Assembly: GCA_900554695.1 (NCBI GenBank) | Contig: USHV01000004.1 | Coordinates: forward strand, 17,159-81,158 | Length of the DNA stretch: 64,000 nt | Direction of reading: 5' to 3' | DNA from: an uncultured Prevotella sp. | GTDB taxonomy: Bacteria; Bacteroidota; Bacteroidia; Bacteroidales; Bacteroidaceae | Program-made: the position numbers and the translations under genes | The notes under the pieces: generated by a model | What the model was told of the DNA's origin: nothing | The model's database searches: none | What the model saw: only the letters and a program-made list of their open reading frames with translations | In this document: positions 12,100-23,990 of the stretch, one piece after another | Layout of the letters: every line of letters begins with the position of its first letter | Position numbering within the stretch: the first letter of the stretch is position 1

Positions 12100-12405
12100 A
12101 TGAGTCAGAAAATCAGAATCAAATTGAAGAGTTACGACCACAAGTTGGTTGATAAGTCTGCAGAAAAGATTGTGAAGGCTGTCAAGGCTACAGGCGCTAT
12201 CGTTAGCGGTCCTATTCCACTGCCGACACACAAACGCATCTATACTGTTAACCGCAGTACATTCGTTAATAAGAAAGCTCGTGAGCAGTTCCAGCTCAGC
12301 GATTACAAGCGTCTTATTGATATTTACAGCTCTACGGCAAAAACTGTTGACGCTCTCATGAAACTTGAGTTGCCGAGCGGTGTAGAAGTAGAAATAAAGG
12401 TATAG
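12100..12405 (+). CDS. rpsJ: 30S ribosomal protein S10
   Basis: [18 protein letters not shown]. Confidence 0.99.
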   Translation: MSQKIRIKLKSYDHKLVDKSAEKIVKAVKATGAIVSGPIPLPTHKRIYTVNRSTFVNKKAREQFQLSDYKRLIDIYSSTAKTVDALMKLELPSGVEVEIKV

Positions 12406-12439
12406 TATTATTTTATTTAATATTTAATTTTTAATTGAA

Positions 12440-13054
12440 ATGCCAGGATTAATTGGAAGAAAAATCGGAATGACATCCGTTTTCAGTGCCGACGGTAAGA
12501 ATGTACCGTGCACTGTTATCGAAGCTGGTCCTTGTGTTGTAACGCAGGTTAAAACCGTCGAGAAAGATGGTTACAAAGCTGTTCAGCTTGGCTTTGGTGA
12601 GGCAAAGGAAAAGAATACCACCAAGGCTATGATGGGTTGCTTCAAGAAAGCAGGTACAACACCTAAGAGACACTTGGCCGAGTTCAAGTTTGACGAGGAA
12701 TACAACCTCGGTGATACGCTTACTGTTGAAATCTTCAACGACGCAAAGTACGTTGACGTTGTTGGTACCTCAAAGGGAAAAGGTTTCCAGGGTGTTATGA
12801 AGCGTCACGGATTCGGTGGTGTCGGACAGAGTACTCACGGACAGGACGACCGCGCACGTAAACCGGGATCTATCGGTGCCTGCTCTTACCCTGCAAAGGT
12901 GTTCAAGGGTATGCGAATGGGCGGCCAGATGGGTGGCGACAGAGTTACAACCCAGAATCTTAAAGTGTTAAAAGTTATCCCAGAGCACAACCTTATTCTT
13001 GTTAAAGGTTCTGTAGCAGGATGCAATGGTTCAACCGTATTAATTAATAAATAA
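12440..13054 (+). CDS. rplC: 50S ribosomal protein L3
   Basis: [18 protein letters not shown]; operon order. Confidence 0.98.
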   Translation: MPGLIGRKIGMTSVFSADGKNVPCTVIEAGPCVVTQVKTVEKDGYKAVQLGFGEAKEKNTTKAMMGCFKKAGTTPKRHLAEFKFDEEYNLGDTLTVEIFNDAKYVDVVGTSKGKGFQGVMKRHGFGGVGQSTHGQDDRARKPGSIGACSYPAKVFKGMRMGGQMGGDRVTTQNLKVLKVIPEHNLILVKGSVAGCNGSTVLINK

Positions 13055-13683
13055 TGGAAGTTAGCGTATTAAATATCAATGGTCAGGAGACCGGAAGAAA
13101 GGTTACGTTGAACGAATCTATCTTCGGAATTGAGCCTAACGATCACGTTTTGTATCTTGACGTTAAGCAATACCTCGCTAACCAGCGTCAGGGTACGGCT
13201 AAAGCAAAGGAAAGAAGTGAAGTAAGCGGTTCTACCCGCAAGCTCGGTCGTCAGAAAGGCGGAGGCGGTGCACGTCGTGGTGATATCAACTCTCCGGTAC
13301 TCGTAGGTGGTGGACGTGTTTTCGGTCCGAAACCACGTGACTACGGCTTCAAACTCAACAAGAAAGTTAAGGCTCTCGCTCGTAAGTCTGCACTCTCTTA
13401 CAAGGCTCAGGAGAATGGCATCGTTGTAGTGGAAGATTTCACTATGGATGCTCCAAAGACTAAAGATTTCGTAAATATTACTAAAAATCTTAAAGTTGAA
13501 GGCCGCAAGATTCTTCTCCTTTTGCCGGGTGTAAATAAAAATGTATATTTGTCAGCTCGTAACTTGCAGGGCACTGAAGTTATGACCGCATCTGCACTCA
13601 ATACATACAAAGTTTTGAACGCTGATGTACTGGTTGTGACAGAGGACGCTCTGAAGATGATTGACGGAATCTTAACAAAATAA
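13054..13683 (+). CDS. rplD: 50S ribosomal protein L4
   Basis: [21 protein letters not shown]. Confidence 0.98.
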   Translation: MEVSVLNINGQETGRKVTLNESIFGIEPNDHVLYLDVKQYLANQRQGTAKAKERSEVSGSTRKLGRQKGGGGARRGDINSPVLVGGGRVFGPKPRDYGFKLNKKVKALARKSALSYKAQENGIVVVEDFTMDAPKTKDFVNITKNLKVEGRKILLLLPGVNKNVYLSARNLQGTEVMTASALNTYKVLNADVLVVTEDALKMIDGILTK

Positions 13684-13701
13684 TAGGGAGACAATAGCAA
13701 T

Positions 13702-14046
13702 ATGGCAATTATCATAAAACCATTGGTCACTGAGAAGATGACCAAAATGACAGACAAGTCTTCTGTTGAGAAATCTTATAAGGTAAAGGGTGAGACCAGA
13801 ACGAAAAAGGCTGAGACAAAATACGGCTTTATCGTTAGCCCGGACGCAAATAAGTATCAGATTAAGGCTGAAGTCGAGAGTCTGTACAACGTTACAGTTA
13901 TTGACGTGAACACAATGCGTTACTCTGGTAAGCGTCAGAGCCGTTATACACGCGCTGGTCTTATCAAAGGACAGAAGAACGCGTATAAAAAAGCTATCGT
14001 TACTCTTAAGGAGGGCGATTCAATTGATTTTTACAGCAATATTTAA
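13702..14046 (+). CDS. rplW: 50S ribosomal protein L23 (with insertion)
   Basis: IIKPLVTEK, ANKYQIK, KKAIVTL; 114 aa. Confidence 0.95.
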   Translation: MAIIIKPLVTEKMTKMTDKSSVEKSYKVKGETRTKKAETKYGFIVSPDANKYQIKAEVESLYNVTVIDVNTMRYSGKRQSRYTRAGLIKGQKNAYKKAIVTLKEGDSIDFYSNI

Positions 14047-14053
14047 ATAAAAA

Positions 14054-14878
14054 ATGGCAGTACGTAAATTAAAACCGGTTACTCCGGGACAAAGACACAA
14101 AGTTATTGGCACGTTCGAGGATATTACTGCATCCGTGCCAGAGAAGTCTCTCGTTTTCGGTAAACGCTCTACCGGTGGTCGAAACAACACCGGAAAAATG
14201 ACTGTTCGCTACAAAGGCGGCGGTCATAAGAGAAAGTATCGTCTGATCGACTTTAAACGTGAGAAAGATGGTGTTCCAGCTGTAGTTAAAACAATAGAAT
14301 ACGATCCGAACCGTTCGGCTCGTATTGCTTTGTTGTTTTACGCTGATGGTGAAAAACGTTACATTATTGCTCCTAATGGACTGCAGGTAGGTGCAAAGCT
14401 GATGTCTGGTGCGGAAGCCGCTCCTGAAGTAGGTAATGCTCTTCCTCTGGCAAACATTCCTGTCGGTACTGTGATTCACAATATCGAATTGCGTCCGGGA
14501 CAGGGTGCGTTGCTCGTTCGTTCGGCTGGTAATTTTGCTCAATTGACTTCTCGTGAAGGCAGTTATTGTGTAGTTAAGCTCCCTTCTGGTGAAACACGCC
14601 AGATTCTGAGTGCTTGTAAAGCAACTGTAGGTAGTGTAGGTAACTCAGACCACGCTCTGGAACAGTCTGGTAAGGCTGGACGTTCTCGCTGGCTCGGTCG
14701 TCGTCCTCACAACCGTGGTGTAGTTATGAACCCTGTTGATCACCCGATGGGTGGTGGTGAAGGACGTCAGTCTGGAGGACACCCACGTTCACGTAAGGGC
14801 TTGTATGCTAAGGGTCTCAAGACACGTGCACCGAAGAAACTTTCTAACAAGTATATCATCGAAAGAGCTAGTAAATAA
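14054..14878 (+). CDS. rplB: 50S ribosomal protein L2
   Basis: [21 protein letters not shown]. Confidence 0.99.
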   Translation: MAVRKLKPVTPGQRHKVIGTFEDITASVPEKSLVFGKRSTGGRNNTGKMTVRYKGGGHKRKYRLIDFKREKDGVPAVVKTIEYDPNRSARIALLFYADGEKRYIIAPNGLQVGAKLMSGAEAAPEVGNALPLANIPVGTVIHNIELRPGQGALLVRSAGNFAQLTSREGSYCVVKLPSGETRQILSACKATVGSVGNSDHALEQSGKAGRSRWLGRRPHNRGVVMNPVDHPMGGGEGRQSGGHPRSRKGLYAKGLKTRAPKKLSNKYIIERASK

Positions 14879-14900
14879 TTTTAGTTAACAAGAGTAAATT

Positions 14901-15167
14901 ATGAGTCGTTCATTAAAAAAAGGTCCATACATCAACGTCTCTCTGGAGAAGAAAATCCTTGCCATGAATGAAAGTGGCAAAAAGACTGTTGTAAAGACAT
15001 GGGCCAGAGCATCAATGATATCCCCAGATTTCGTGGGACACACTGTTGCAGTTCATAACGGAAATAAATTTATCCCTGTTTACATTACTGAGAATATGGT
15101 GGGTCATAAACTCGGAGAGTTCTCTCCCACACGTAGATTCGGTGGACACGCCGGAAACAGAAAGTAA
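14901..15167 (+). CDS. rpsS: 30S ribosomal protein S19
   Basis: [17 protein letters not shown]. Confidence 0.99.
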   Translation: MSRSLKKGPYINVSLEKKILAMNESGKKTVVKTWARASMISPDFVGHTVAVHNGNKFIPVYITENMVGHKLGEFSPTRRFGGHAGNRK

Positions 15168-15200
15168 GCGGGTTAAAACCATTTAAAACAAAAGATAATA

Positions 15201-15605
15201 ATGGGAGCAAGAAAACATATAGCGGCTGAGAAAAGAAAAGAGGCCCTTAAGAATTTGTACTTCGCAAAGCTCAAAGGCGTTCCTTCTTCACCACGCAAAA
15301 TGCGCTATGTCGTTGACATGGTTCGTGGCATGGAGGTTAATCGCGCACTGGGAGTACTGAGATTCTCCAAGAAGCAGGCTGCCGCCGACGTTGAGAAACT
15401 GTTACGCTCGGCCATCGCTAACTGGGAAGCAAAAAATGACCGCAAGGCAGAAGACGGCGAACTTTATATTTCTAAAGTCTTCGTTGATGAAGGTGTTACA
15501 ATGAAACGTATGAGACCGGCTCCGCAAGGACGTGGATACCGCATCCGCAAGCGCAGCAATCACGTGACATTGTTTGTTGATTCCAAAACTAATGACGAAA
15601 AATAA
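15201..15605 (+). CDS. rplV: 50S ribosomal protein L22
   Basis: [20 protein letters not shown]. Confidence 0.98.
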   Translation: MGARKHIAAEKRKEALKNLYFAKLKGVPSSPRKMRYVVDMVRGMEVNRALGVLRFSKKQAAADVEKLLRSAIANWEAKNDRKAEDGELYISKVFVDEGVTMKRMRPAPQGRGYRIRKRSNHVTLFVDSKTNDEK

Positions 15606-15614
15606 ATAAGCAGA

Positions 15615-16340
15615 ATGGGACAGAAAGTTAATCCAATAAGCAATCGTTTAGGTATTATCCGTGGTTGGGATTCAAATTGGTTCGGAGGAAAGAACTTCGG
15701 AGACAACTTGGTTGAAGACCGGAAAATACGTAAATACCTTAATGAGCGTCTGGCTAAGGCCAGTGTTTCAAGGATTGTAATAGAGCGTACATTGAAGCTC
15801 ATTACGATTACAATCTGCACAGCTCGTCCTGGTATCGTCATTGGTAAAGGTGGACAGGATGTTGACAAACTGAAAGAGGAGCTCAAGAAACTCTACAAGA
15901 AAGACATCCAGATCAATATCTTTGAGGTAAAGAAACCTGAACTCGACGCAACAATCGTTGCTAACAATATCGCACGTCAGGTTGAAGGAAAAATCGCTTA
16001 TCGCCGTGCTATCAAGATGGCGATACAAAATACAATGCGTGCAGGTGCCGAGGGTGTGAAGATTCAGATCACCGGACGTCTTAACGGTGCAGAAATGGCA
16101 CGTAAGGAAATGTACAAGGAAGGAAGAACTCCTTTACACACATTCCGTGCCGACATCGATTACTGCCAGGCAGAGGCTCTTACCAAAGTAGGACTCCTTG
16201 GTATCAAGGTTTGGATCTGCAGAGGTGAGGTTTATGGCGAGCGCGATTTGACTCCTAACTTTACACAGGAGAAGCAGAATGGTGGTTCTAATAGCGGTCG
16301 TGGCAACCGCGGTAATCGCAAGAGAAACAATAACCGTTAA
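15615..16340 (+). CDS. rpsC: 30S ribosomal protein S3
   Basis: [20 protein letters not shown]. Confidence 0.99.
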   Translation: MGQKVNPISNRLGIIRGWDSNWFGGKNFGDNLVEDRKIRKYLNERLAKASVSRIVIERTLKLITITICTARPGIVIGKGGQDVDKLKEELKKLYKKDIQINIFEVKKPELDATIVANNIARQVEGKIAYRRAIKMAIQNTMRAGAEGVKIQITGRLNGAEMARKEMYKEGRTPLHTFRADIDYCQAEALTKVGLLGIKVWICRGEVYGERDLTPNFTQEKQNGGSNSGRGNRGNRKRNNNR

Positions 16341-16355
16341 AAGTAAGACACTATC

Positions 16356-16784
16356 ATGTTACAGCCAAAAAGAGTAAAATATAGAAGACCTCAAGATGGA
16401 CGTGGCAATAAAGGCAACGCTCACAGAGGCACACAATTGGCTTTCGGATCATTCGGCATCAAGACACTTGAGGCAAAATGGATCGACAGCCGTCAGATTG
16501 AAGCTGCTCGTGTGGCAGTAAACCGCTACATGCAGCGTGAAGGTCAGGTATGGATCAGAATATTCCCGGACAAACCAATCACCCGCAAGCCTGCCGATGT
16601 CCGAATGGGTAAAGGTAAAGGAGATCCAGCAGGATGGGTTGCACCTGTAACACCGGGTCGTATCCTCTTTGAAGTGGAAGGCGTAAGTTTCGATGTCGCA
16701 AAAGAGGCTCTCCGCCTCGCTGCTCAGAAGCTGCCGGTAAAGACAAAGTTTGTTGTTAGACGTGATTACGATAAAAACGCTTAA
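16356..16784 (+). CDS. rplP: 50S ribosomal protein L16
   Basis: MLQPKR, RMGKGKG. Confidence 0.99.
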   Translation: MLQPKRVKYRRPQDGRGNKGNAHRGTQLAFGSFGIKTLEAKWIDSRQIEAARVAVNRYMQREGQVWIRIFPDKPITRKPADVRMGKGKGDPAGWVAPVTPGRILFEVEGVSFDVAKEALRLAAQKLPVKTKFVVRRDYDKNA

Positions 16785-16787
16785 ACT

Positions 16788-16982
16788 ATGAAGAGTAAAG
16801 AATTAAAGGAGTTAGATAGCAAGTCTCTGAATGAGAAGTTGGAGGCAGAGGTTGCTCGTTTGAACCAGCTGAAGCTTAACCATACGATATCTCCTCTTGA
16901 GAATCCATCACAGATTAAGGCAGCACGTCGTGATATCGCACGTCTGAAAACCGAAATCCGCCAGAGAGAACTTAATAAATAA
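16788..16982 (+). CDS. rpmC: 50S ribosomal protein L29
   Basis: [19 protein letters not shown]; operon order. Confidence 0.97.
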   Translation: MKSKELKELDSKSLNEKLEAEVARLNQLKLNHTISPLENPSQIKAARRDIARLKTEIRQRELNK

Positions 16983-16984
16983 CA

Positions 16985-17251
16985 ATGGTCCAGATGGAAA
17001 CAAGAAATTTAAGAAAAACAAGACAGGGTGTGGTTATAAGCAACAAGATGGATAAAACCATTGTTATTGCGGCTAAGTTCAAGGAGATGCACCCTATTTA
17101 TGGTAAGTTTGTCCAGAAGACAAAGAAATACCATGTACATGACGAGAAAAATGAAGCCAATCTTGGTGATACAGTGCTCATCATGGAGACCCGTCCTTTG
17201 AGTAAGACAAAGAGATGGAGATTAGTTCAAATAATTGAAAAAGCTAAGTAA
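16985..17251 (+). CDS. rpsQ: 30S ribosomal protein S17
   Basis: [18 protein letters not shown]. Confidence 0.98.
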   Translation: MVQMETRNLRKTRQGVVISNKMDKTIVIAAKFKEMHPIYGKFVQKTKKYHVHDEKNEANLGDTVLIMETRPLSKTKRWRLVQIIEKAK

Positions 17252-17253
17252 TT

Positions 17254-17619
17254 ATGATACAAGCAGAATCAAGACTTACAGTATGTGATAACAGCGGCGC
17301 ACGTGAGGCTCTTTGCATTCGCGTCCTGGGCGGTACACGTCGCCGTTATGCAAGTGTTGGTGACGTTATTGTCGTTGCTGTCAAGAACGTTATCCCATCA
17401 AGTGATTTGAAAAAGGGTGCAGTATCTAAGGCTTTGATTGTTCGCACAAAGAAGGAAATCCGTCGTCCTGACGGTTCTTATATCCGCTTTGATGATAACG
17501 CGTGCGTGTTGCTTAACAATGCGGGTGAACTTCGTGGCAGCCGTATCTTCGGCCCTGTGGCACGCGAATTGCGCGCTGTTAATATGAAAGTCGTTTCTTT
17601 GGCACCTGAGGTTCTATAA
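17254..17619 (+). CDS. rplN: 50S ribosomal protein L14
   Basis: DNSGAR, IRFDDNA, SLAPEVL. Confidence 0.99.
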   Translation: MIQAESRLTVCDNSGAREALCIRVLGGTRRRYASVGDVIVVAVKNVIPSSDLKKGAVSKALIVRTKKEIRRPDGSYIRFDDNACVLLNNAGELRGSRIFGPVARELRAVNMKVVSLAPEVL

Positions 17620-17637
17620 TTATTAAAAAAATAAGAA

Positions 17638-17958
17638 ATGAGTAAGTTACATATAAAGAAAAACGACACAGTCTATGTCCTTTCCGGTGAGGATAAGGGC
17701 AAGACTGGTAAAGTGCTCAAGGTCTTGGTTGACAAGAATCGCGCCATTGTAGAGGGCGTGAACATGGTCTCTAAGAGCACAAAGCCCTCTGCAAAGAACC
17801 CTCAGGGCGGTATCGTAAAGCAGGAGGCTTCGATACATATCTCTAATTTGAGTCTGATCGATCCGAAAAGTGGCAAACCTACACGTATCGCCATTAAGAA
17901 GAACGATGAAGGCAAGAAAGTTCGTATCGCTAAAAAGTCAGGGGAGGAAATCAAATAA
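17638..17958 (+). CDS. rplX: 50S ribosomal protein L24
   Basis: KOW motif [19 protein letters not shown]. Confidence 0.98.
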   Translation: MSKLHIKKNDTVYVLSGEDKGKTGKVLKVLVDKNRAIVEGVNMVSKSTKPSAKNPQGGIVKQEASIHISNLSLIDPKSGKPTRIAIKKNDEGKKVRIAKKSGEEIK

Positions 17959-18512
17959 TGGATACAGCACGTTTAAAGAAAGTCTATGTTGAGAGCATTG
18001 CTCCGGCATTGAAGGAACAATTCAAATATTCTTCATCAATGCAGGTTCCTGTCCTGAAGAAGATTGTTATTAATCAAGGATTGGGTGATGCAACTCAGGA
18101 TAAGAAAATTATCGATGTTGCCATCAATGAGATAACAGCCATTACCGGCCAGAAGGCAGTTGCTACATATTCTAAGAAGGATATCGCAAACTTCAAGCTT
18201 CGTAAGAAGATGCCTATCGGTGTTATGGTTACTCTCCGTCGTGAGCGCATGTATGAGTTCCTCGAGAAACTTGTTCGTATCGCACTGCCGCGTATCCGTG
18301 ACTTCAAAGGTATCGAAAGCAAGTTCGATGGTCGTGGAAACTACACACTTGGTATACAGGAGCAGATCATCTTCCCTGAAATCAATATCGATGCAATCGA
18401 TCGTATCCAGGGTATGAACATCACATTCGTGACAACAGCTCAGACAGACGAAGAAGGCTATGCTCTTCTCAAGGCATTTGGTCTTCCTTTCAAAAACGCT
18501 AAAAACGATTAA
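17958..18512 (+). CDS. rplE: 50S ribosomal protein L5
   Basis: [25 protein letters not shown]. Confidence 0.98.
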   Translation: MDTARLKKVYVESIAPALKEQFKYSSSMQVPVLKKIVINQGLGDATQDKKIIDVAINEITAITGQKAVATYSKKDIANFKLRKKMPIGVMVTLRRERMYEFLEKLVRIALPRIRDFKGIESKFDGRGNYTLGIQEQIIFPEINIDAIDRIQGMNITFVTTAQTDEEGYALLKAFGLPFKNAKND

Positions 18513-18517
18513 GCAAT

Positions 18518-18820
18518 ATGGCAAAAGAATCAATGAAAGCCCGCGAGGTAAAGCGTGCGAAAATGGTTGCCCGTTATGCTGCAAAGCGTGCGGCTCTTAA
18601 GAAAATCGTAGCTACAGCAGAGGATCCTGCTGAAGCATACGAAGCAGCCCGCAAACTGCAGTCCATACCGAAGAACGCTAATCCTATCCGTTTACACAAC
18701 CGTTGCAAGATAACCGGTCGTCCGAAAGGATATATACGTCAATTCGGTTTGTCACGTATTCAGTTCCGTGAGATGGCTTCTGCAGGTCTTATCCCGGGTG
18801 TGAAAAAAGCAAGCTGGTAA
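18518..18820 (+). CDS. rpsN: 30S ribosomal protein S14 (long, Zn-free type)
   Basis: 100 aa, [21 protein letters not shown]. Confidence 0.98.
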   Translation: MAKESMKAREVKRAKMVARYAAKRAALKKIVATAEDPAEAYEAARKLQSIPKNANPIRLHNRCKITGRPKGYIRQFGLSRIQFREMASAGLIPGVKKASW

Positions 18821-18871
18821 TTTATTTTTAATATTGTCGGGGTAGTCCCGATTAATTAAACATTTTATAAT

Positions 18872-19267
18872 ATGACAGATCCAATAGCAGATTATCTGAC
18901 AAGACTCAGAAACGCAATTATGGCACATCACCGTGTCGTTGAAGTTCCTGCGTCAAACTTGAAGAAAGAGATTACTAAGATCCTCTTCGAGAAGGGATAC
19001 ATCTTGAATTACAAGTTCATTGAAGATGGTCCTCAGGGTACAATCAAGGTTGCATTGAAGTATGATCCTGCAACCAAAGTCAACGCAATCAAGTCGTTGA
19101 AACGTGTTTCTACACCAGGTCTTCGTAAGTACACTGGTTACAAGAACATGCCGAGAGTTATTAACGGATTAGGTATTGCAATTTTATCTACATCCAAGGG
19201 TGTAATGACAGACAAGGAAGCTGCTGCACTTAAGGTCGGTGGCGAAGTTCTTTGCTATGTTTATTAA
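18872..19267 (+). CDS. rpsH: 30S ribosomal protein S8
   Basis: MTDPIADYLTRLRN, GGEVLCYVY. Confidence 0.99.
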   Translation: MTDPIADYLTRLRNAIMAHHRVVEVPASNLKKEITKILFEKGYILNYKFIEDGPQGTIKVALKYDPATKVNAIKSLKRVSTPGLRKYTGYKNMPRVINGLGIAILSTSKGVMTDKEAAALKVGGEVLCYVY

Positions 19268-19282
19268 TTGGAGGATTTATTT

Positions 19283-19849
19283 ATGTCAAGAATAGGAAAA
19301 TTACCAATTAAAATCCCAGCAGGTGTAAATGTTACAATGACTGACGGGGTTGTTACTGTAAAGGGACCGAAAGGTGAACTTTCTCAGTATGTTGATCCTT
19401 CTATTATAGTAAAGATAGCAGACGGCGAGATTACGTTCGAAGTTGACGAAAACAGCCCTGTTAACTACAAGCAGAAGCAGGCTTTCCACGGCTTGTATCG
19501 TGCTTTGGTTCATAATATGGTAGTTGGAGTAAGTGAAGGATATAAGAAAACTCTTGAACTTGTAGGTGTCGGATATCGTGTTTCCAATCAAGGTAATGTG
19601 ATCGAGTTCTCTTTGGGTTATACACACCCGATCTTCCTTGAGCTTCCTAAAGAAGTTAAGGTTGAGACAAAGAGTGAGAGAAACCAGAATCCGTTATTGA
19701 TGTTAGAGTCATGCGACAAACAGTTGATTGGCCTTATCTGTGCTAAAATTCGTTCTTTCCGTAAGCCGGAGCCTTATAAAGGAAAAGGTATCCTCTTCAA
19801 AGGCGAAGTCATCCGCAGAAAATCTGGTAAGTCAGCTTCTGCTAAGTAA
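19283..19849 (+). CDS. rplF: 50S ribosomal protein L6
   Basis: Start at [16 protein letters not shown]. Confidence 0.98.
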   Translation: MSRIGKLPIKIPAGVNVTMTDGVVTVKGPKGELSQYVDPSIIVKIADGEITFEVDENSPVNYKQKQAFHGLYRALVHNMVVGVSEGYKKTLELVGVGYRVSNQGNVIEFSLGYTHPIFLELPKEVKVETKSERNQNPLLMLESCDKQLIGLICAKIRSFRKPEPYKGKGILFKGEVIRRKSGKSASAK

Positions 19850-19868
19850 TCTTTTAAAATTTACGATT

Positions 19869-20213
19869 ATGACAACAAAGAAAGTAGAAAGACGAATAAA
19901 AATTAAATACAGAATTCGTAAGCGTGTTAATGGAACTGCAGAGCGTCCTCGTCTGAGCGTCTTCCGCAGCAACAAACAGATTTACGCTCAGGTTATAAAC
20001 GATTTGACCGGAACGACTCTTGCATCTGCATCTTCTCTTGGACTCGAGAAAATGCCAAAAATCCAGCAGGCTGCTAAAGTGGGCGAGATGGTAGCAGCAA
20101 ATGCACAGGCTGCAGGAATTACTGCGGTTGTTTTCGACCGTAACGGTTATCTCTATCACGGACGTGTTAAGGAACTGGCTGATGCAGCTCGTAAAGGTGG
20201 TCTTAAATTTTAA
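19869..20213 (+). CDS. rplR: 50S ribosomal protein L18
   Basis: Start moved to [31 protein letters not shown]. Confidence 0.97.
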   Translation: MTTKKVERRIKIKYRIRKRVNGTAERPRLSVFRSNKQIYAQVINDLTGTTLASASSLGLEKMPKIQQAAKVGEMVAANAQAAGITAVVFDRNGYLYHGRVKELADAARKGGLKF

Positions 20214-20225
20214 ACGATTATTGCA

Positions 20226-20732
20226 ATGAATAAAGTTAAAGTATATAGTGACGTTGAGTTGAAAGACCGTTTGGTTGCCATTAATCGAGTTACCAAGGTA
20301 ACAAAAGGTGGACGTACTTTCACTTTTGCTGCTATTGTCGTTGTCGGTGACGGTAAGGGTGTCATCGGTTACGGACTCGGTAAGGCAGGCGAGGTTACGG
20401 CTGCAATCTCCAAAGGCGTTGAAGCTGCAAAGAAGAATCTTGTAAAGGTTTCTCTTGTTAAAGGTACAATCCCACACGAGGTAGAGGCTCGCTATGGTGG
20501 CTCTAAGGTCTTCATGAGACCTGCAGCTCCTGGTACCGGACTCGTAGCCGGTGGTGCTATGCGTGCCGTTCTTGACAGCGTAGGTGTAAAGGATGTGCTC
20601 GCTAAGTCAAAGGGTTCTTCAAATCCTCATAACCTGGTTAAGGCAACAATAGAAGCTCTCACACAGGTACGCGACGCTTACACTATCGCAGGTGTTCGCG
20701 GTATCAGTATGGACAAAGTTTTTAACGGATAA
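20226..20732 (+). CDS. rpsE: 30S ribosomal protein S5
   Basis: [17 protein letters not shown]. Confidence 0.98.
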   Translation: MNKVKVYSDVELKDRLVAINRVTKVTKGGRTFTFAAIVVVGDGKGVIGYGLGKAGEVTAAISKGVEAAKKNLVKVSLVKGTIPHEVEARYGGSKVFMRPAAPGTGLVAGGAMRAVLDSVGVKDVLAKSKGSSNPHNLVKATIEALTQVRDAYTIAGVRGISMDKVFNG

Positions 20733-20743
20733 GGAGAATTACA

Positions 20744-20920
20744 ATGGCAACAATAAAAGTAAAACAGATAAAGAGCCGTATCGGCGCCAATAAAGAGCAG
20801 AAAAGTACTCTCTTGTCTCTAGGCCTGCATAAAATCTCCCAGGTAGTGGAGGTTGAGGACACTCCGAGCATACGTGGTATGATACGCAAAGTTCATCATC
20901 TGGTAACAGTAGTTGAATAA
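20744..20920 (+). CDS. rpmD: 50S ribosomal protein L30 (not in ORF track)
   Basis: Manual translation MATIKVKQIKSRIG...SLGLHKISQVVEVEDTPSIRGMIRKVHHLVTVVE, 58 aa, between rpsE and rplO. Confidence 0.96.
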   Translation: MATIKVKQIKSRIGANKEQKSTLLSLGLHKISQVVEVEDTPSIRGMIRKVHHLVTVVE

Positions 20921-20943
20921 TTAATCTTTAAGCAGAAAAAATT

Positions 20944-21390
20944 ATGAAATTAAATACTTTAAAACCAGTCGAGGGTTCTACACATTCTCGCCGTCGTATA
21001 GGTCGTGGACCGGGCTCAGGATTAGGCGGAACTTCTACTCGCGGACACAAAGGAGCTAAGGCTCGCTCTGGTTACAAGAAGAAGATCGGTTTCGAAGGAG
21101 GTCAGATGCCTCTGCAGCGCCGTGTGCCTAAAGCAGGATTCAGAAATATCAATCACAAGGAGTATTTTGCAGTCAACCTTTCTACTCTGCAGAGCCTTGC
21201 AGAGGCAAAGGGACTTACAAAGATTGGTCTGAGTGAGCTCAGAGATGCAAATCTCGTTAAGAAGAACGTTCTTGTAAAGGTTCTTGGCAACGGCGAGCTC
21301 AAGGCTAAGCTTGATGTAGAGGCAAATGCTTTTTCTAAGACTGCTGAGGAAGCTATTAAGGCAGTTGGTGGTAACACAACTATAATTTAG
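20944..21390 (+). CDS. rplO: 50S ribosomal protein L15
   Basis: GRGPGSG, GFEGGQMPL. Confidence 0.98.
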   Translation: MKLNTLKPVEGSTHSRRRIGRGPGSGLGGTSTRGHKGAKARSGYKKKIGFEGGQMPLQRRVPKAGFRNINHKEYFAVNLSTLQSLAEAKGLTKIGLSELRDANLVKKNVLVKVLGNGELKAKLDVEANAFSKTAEEAIKAVGGNTTII

Positions 21391-21394
21391 GTAA

Positions 21395-22732
21395 ATGAAA
21401 AAATTTATTGAGACACTGAAGAACTGTTGGAGAATTGAGGATTTGCGTCAGCGACTCCTCATTACTCTCCTGTTTACGGCTATATACCGTTTTGGCTCGT
21501 TCGTGGTACTTCCTGGTATCAATCCGAGCATGTTGGAGAAATTACAGTCGCAAACATCCGGCGGTTTAATGTCATTGCTGGACATGTTCTCCGGTGGTGC
21601 GTTTTCCAATGCATCCATATTTGCACTTGGAATTATGCCATACATCTCAGCTTCTATCGTAATGCAGCTTCTGGCCATAGCTGTACCATACTTCCAGAAA
21701 ATGCAGAGAGAAGGAGAGAGCGGACGTAAAAAGATTAACTGGTACACGAGAGTCCTGACTGTAGCAATATTGTTCTTTCAGGCTCCGTCATACCTCCTTA
21801 ATCTGAAAGCCCAGGCTTCTCAGGCTCTTGCTTCAGGACTTTCATGGTCAGTGTTCATTGCTTCTGCTTCAGTGATACTCGCTGGTGGAAGCATGTTCAT
21901 ATTATGGCTCGGTGAGCGTATTACAGATAAAGGTGTTGGAAATGGTATCTCAATGATCATTATGATCGGTATTATCGCCCGCTTCCCACAGGCATTCGTC
22001 CAGGAAGTGGCAACACGTCTTAACGCGATTGCAGGCGGTGGCCTTGTGATGTTTATTGTTGAGATACTTATTCTATATGCAGTTGTGTGTGCAGCCATTC
22101 TTTTGGTGCAGGGAACACGCAAGATACCGGTGCAATATGCCAAACGCCTTGTAGGAAATAAGCAGTATGGAGGAGCACGTCAATACATACCATTGAAGTT
22201 ATTCGCTGCTAACGTAATGCCTATTATCTTCGCACAGGCTTTGATGTTTATTCCGCTTGCAATTGTACAGTATCAGAGTACCAGCTCATCTTGGGTGATT
22301 CGTTCGCTGATGGACAACCGCAGCCTATTGTATAACTGTGTATATGTGATATTGATCATCGCATTCACATATTTCTATACAGCTATCACATTGAATCCTA
22401 CTCAGATGGCAGAGGATATGAAGCGTAACAATGGTTTCATTCCTGGTATCCGTCCGGGAAAGGACACCGCAGAATATATAGAGACAATAATGTCTCGAAT
22501 CACATTCCCTGGTTCCTTGTTCATAGCATTCATTGCTATAATGCCGGCTCTTGCAGGTTTGCTCAATGTGCAGCAGCAATTCTCTCAATTCTTCGGAGGA
22601 ACATCTCTTCTGATTCTTGTCGGAGTTGTTATAGATACTCTCCAGCAGATAGAGAGTCATCTGCTTATGCGTCATTACGACGGACTGTTGAACTCAGGAC
22701 GTACACGTAATAGCAGTATTTCTGCATATTGA
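21395..22732 (+). CDS. secY: Protein translocase subunit SecY
   Basis: SIFALGIMPYISASI, FIPGIRPG; multi-TM. Confidence 0.99.
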   Translation: MKKFIETLKNCWRIEDLRQRLLITLLFTAIYRFGSFVVLPGINPSMLEKLQSQTSGGLMSLLDMFSGGAFSNASIFALGIMPYISASIVMQLLAIAVPYFQKMQREGESGRKKINWYTRVLTVAILFFQAPSYLLNLKAQASQALASGLSWSVFIASASVILAGGSMFILWLGERITDKGVGNGISMIIMIGIIARFPQAFVQEVATRLNAIAGGGLVMFIVEILILYAVVCAAILLVQGTRKIPVQYAKRLVGNKQYGGARQYIPLKLFAANVMPIIFAQALMFIPLAIVQYQSTSSSWVIRSLMDNRSLLYNCVYVILIIAFTYFYTAITLNPTQMAEDMKRNNGFIPGIRPGKDTAEYIETIMSRITFPGSLFIAFIAIMPALAGLLNVQQQFSQFFGGTSLLILVGVVIDTLQQIESHLLMRHYDGLLNSGRTRNSSISAY

Positions 22733-22745
22733 TTTTCTTTTGGAA

Positions 22746-23522
22746 ATGAAAATATTTCTGAAGACTGAAGATGAAATAAAGCTGATGCGCGAGGCCAACC
22801 AACTTGTTGGTAAGACCTTGGCAGAATTGGCCAAACACATAAAACCGGGTGTAACGACCCTTCAATTGGATAAGATAGCGGAGGAGTTCATAAGAGACCA
22901 CGGAGCGATCCCGACTTTCAAGAATTTCCCCAATCCATTTGGAGGGCCATTCCCTGCAAGCATCTGCACTTCTGTCAATGATGTGGTTGTGCACGGCATT
23001 CCTGATGACAAGACCATACTCCGTGATGGTGACATCATCTCTATCGATTGCGGTACTTTGCTTAATGGCTATAACGGCGATAGTTGTTATACGTTCTATG
23101 TGGGCGAGGTCGCACCTGAGGTGAAACAATTGGTGGAGACGACAAAGGAGTCTCTGTATGAGGGAATCGCTCAGGCTGTTGCCGGGAAACATATCGGTGA
23201 TATAGGCGATGCGGTTCAGTCTTATTGCACGCGAAGAGGATACGGCGTCGTTCGTGAGCTTACAGGCCATGGTATAGGACGTGAGATGCACGAAGATCCG
23301 CAAGTTCCCAATTACGGTATGCGTGGACATGGGGTGTTGCTTAAGGCAGGCATGTGTATAGCGATAGAGCCGATGATCACAATGGGTGAGCGCAACATAA
23401 TGTTAATGCCGGACAGGTGGGGAATCCGTACTCGTGACGGCAAGCCGGCGGCACATTTCGAACATACCATCGCGATTCAAAGAGGTAAGGCTGAGATTTT
23501 ATCAACATTCGAAGGAATATAA
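22746..23522 (+). CDS. map: Methionine aminopeptidase type I
   Basis: SVNDVVVHGIP, GHGIG, AIEPM, HFEHT. Confidence 0.97.
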   Translation: MKIFLKTEDEIKLMREANQLVGKTLAELAKHIKPGVTTLQLDKIAEEFIRDHGAIPTFKNFPNPFGGPFPASICTSVNDVVVHGIPDDKTILRDGDIISIDCGTLLNGYNGDSCYTFYVGEVAPEVKQLVETTKESLYEGIAQAVAGKHIGDIGDAVQSYCTRRGYGVVRELTGHGIGREMHEDPQVPNYGMRGHGVLLKAGMCIAIEPMITMGERNIMLMPDRWGIRTRDGKPAAHFEHTIAIQRGKAEILSTFEGI

Positions 23523-23550
23523 CATTTAATAAAGAAGGAATATAATAATT

Positions 23551-23769
23551 ATGGCAAAACAATCCGCTATTGAACAGGACGGAACAATTGTAGAGTCTTT
23601 ATCGAACGCAATGTTCAGGGTAGAACTTGAGAACGGTGTCCAGATAATTGCTCATATTTCTGGAAAGATGAGAATGCACTACATAAAGATTCTGCCTGGT
23701 GATAAGGTTAAAGTGGAAATGAGCCCTTATGATCTGACAAAGGGCCGTATAGTTTTCAGATACAAATAA
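23551..23769 (+). CDS. infA: Translation initiation factor IF-1
   Basis: [18 protein letters not shown]. Confidence 0.99.
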   Translation: MAKQSAIEQDGTIVESLSNAMFRVELENGVQIIAHISGKMRMHYIKILPGDKVKVEMSPYDLTKGRIVFRYK

Positions 23770-23780
23770 ACTTACGAGAT

Positions 23781-23897
23781 ATGAAAACAAGAGCATCATT
23801 AAAGAAACGCACACCCGACTGTAAGATTGTACGTCGTAAAGGTCGCTTGTTCGTTATCAACAAGAAGAACCCTAAGTATAAAATGCGTCAGGGCTAA
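23781..23897 (+). CDS. rpmJ: 50S ribosomal protein L36, Zn-ribbon-less type (not in ORF track)
   Basis: Manual translation [38 protein letters not shown]. Confidence 0.96.
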   Translation: MKTRASLKKRTPDCKIVRRKGRLFVINKKNPKYKMRQG

Positions 23898-23990
23898 TTA
23901 AAAGGAGATTGAAGGCAAAGATTGTGAAATTTTTTGCTTTAACTCAAAATAAACTAATTATCAATTTTTTATTAAATTATCAATTAACAA

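Noticed and set aside
23781..23897. Zn-free L36 and S14 as a zinc-starvation paralog system
   Set aside because: They occupy the core operon positions, as is common in this phylum
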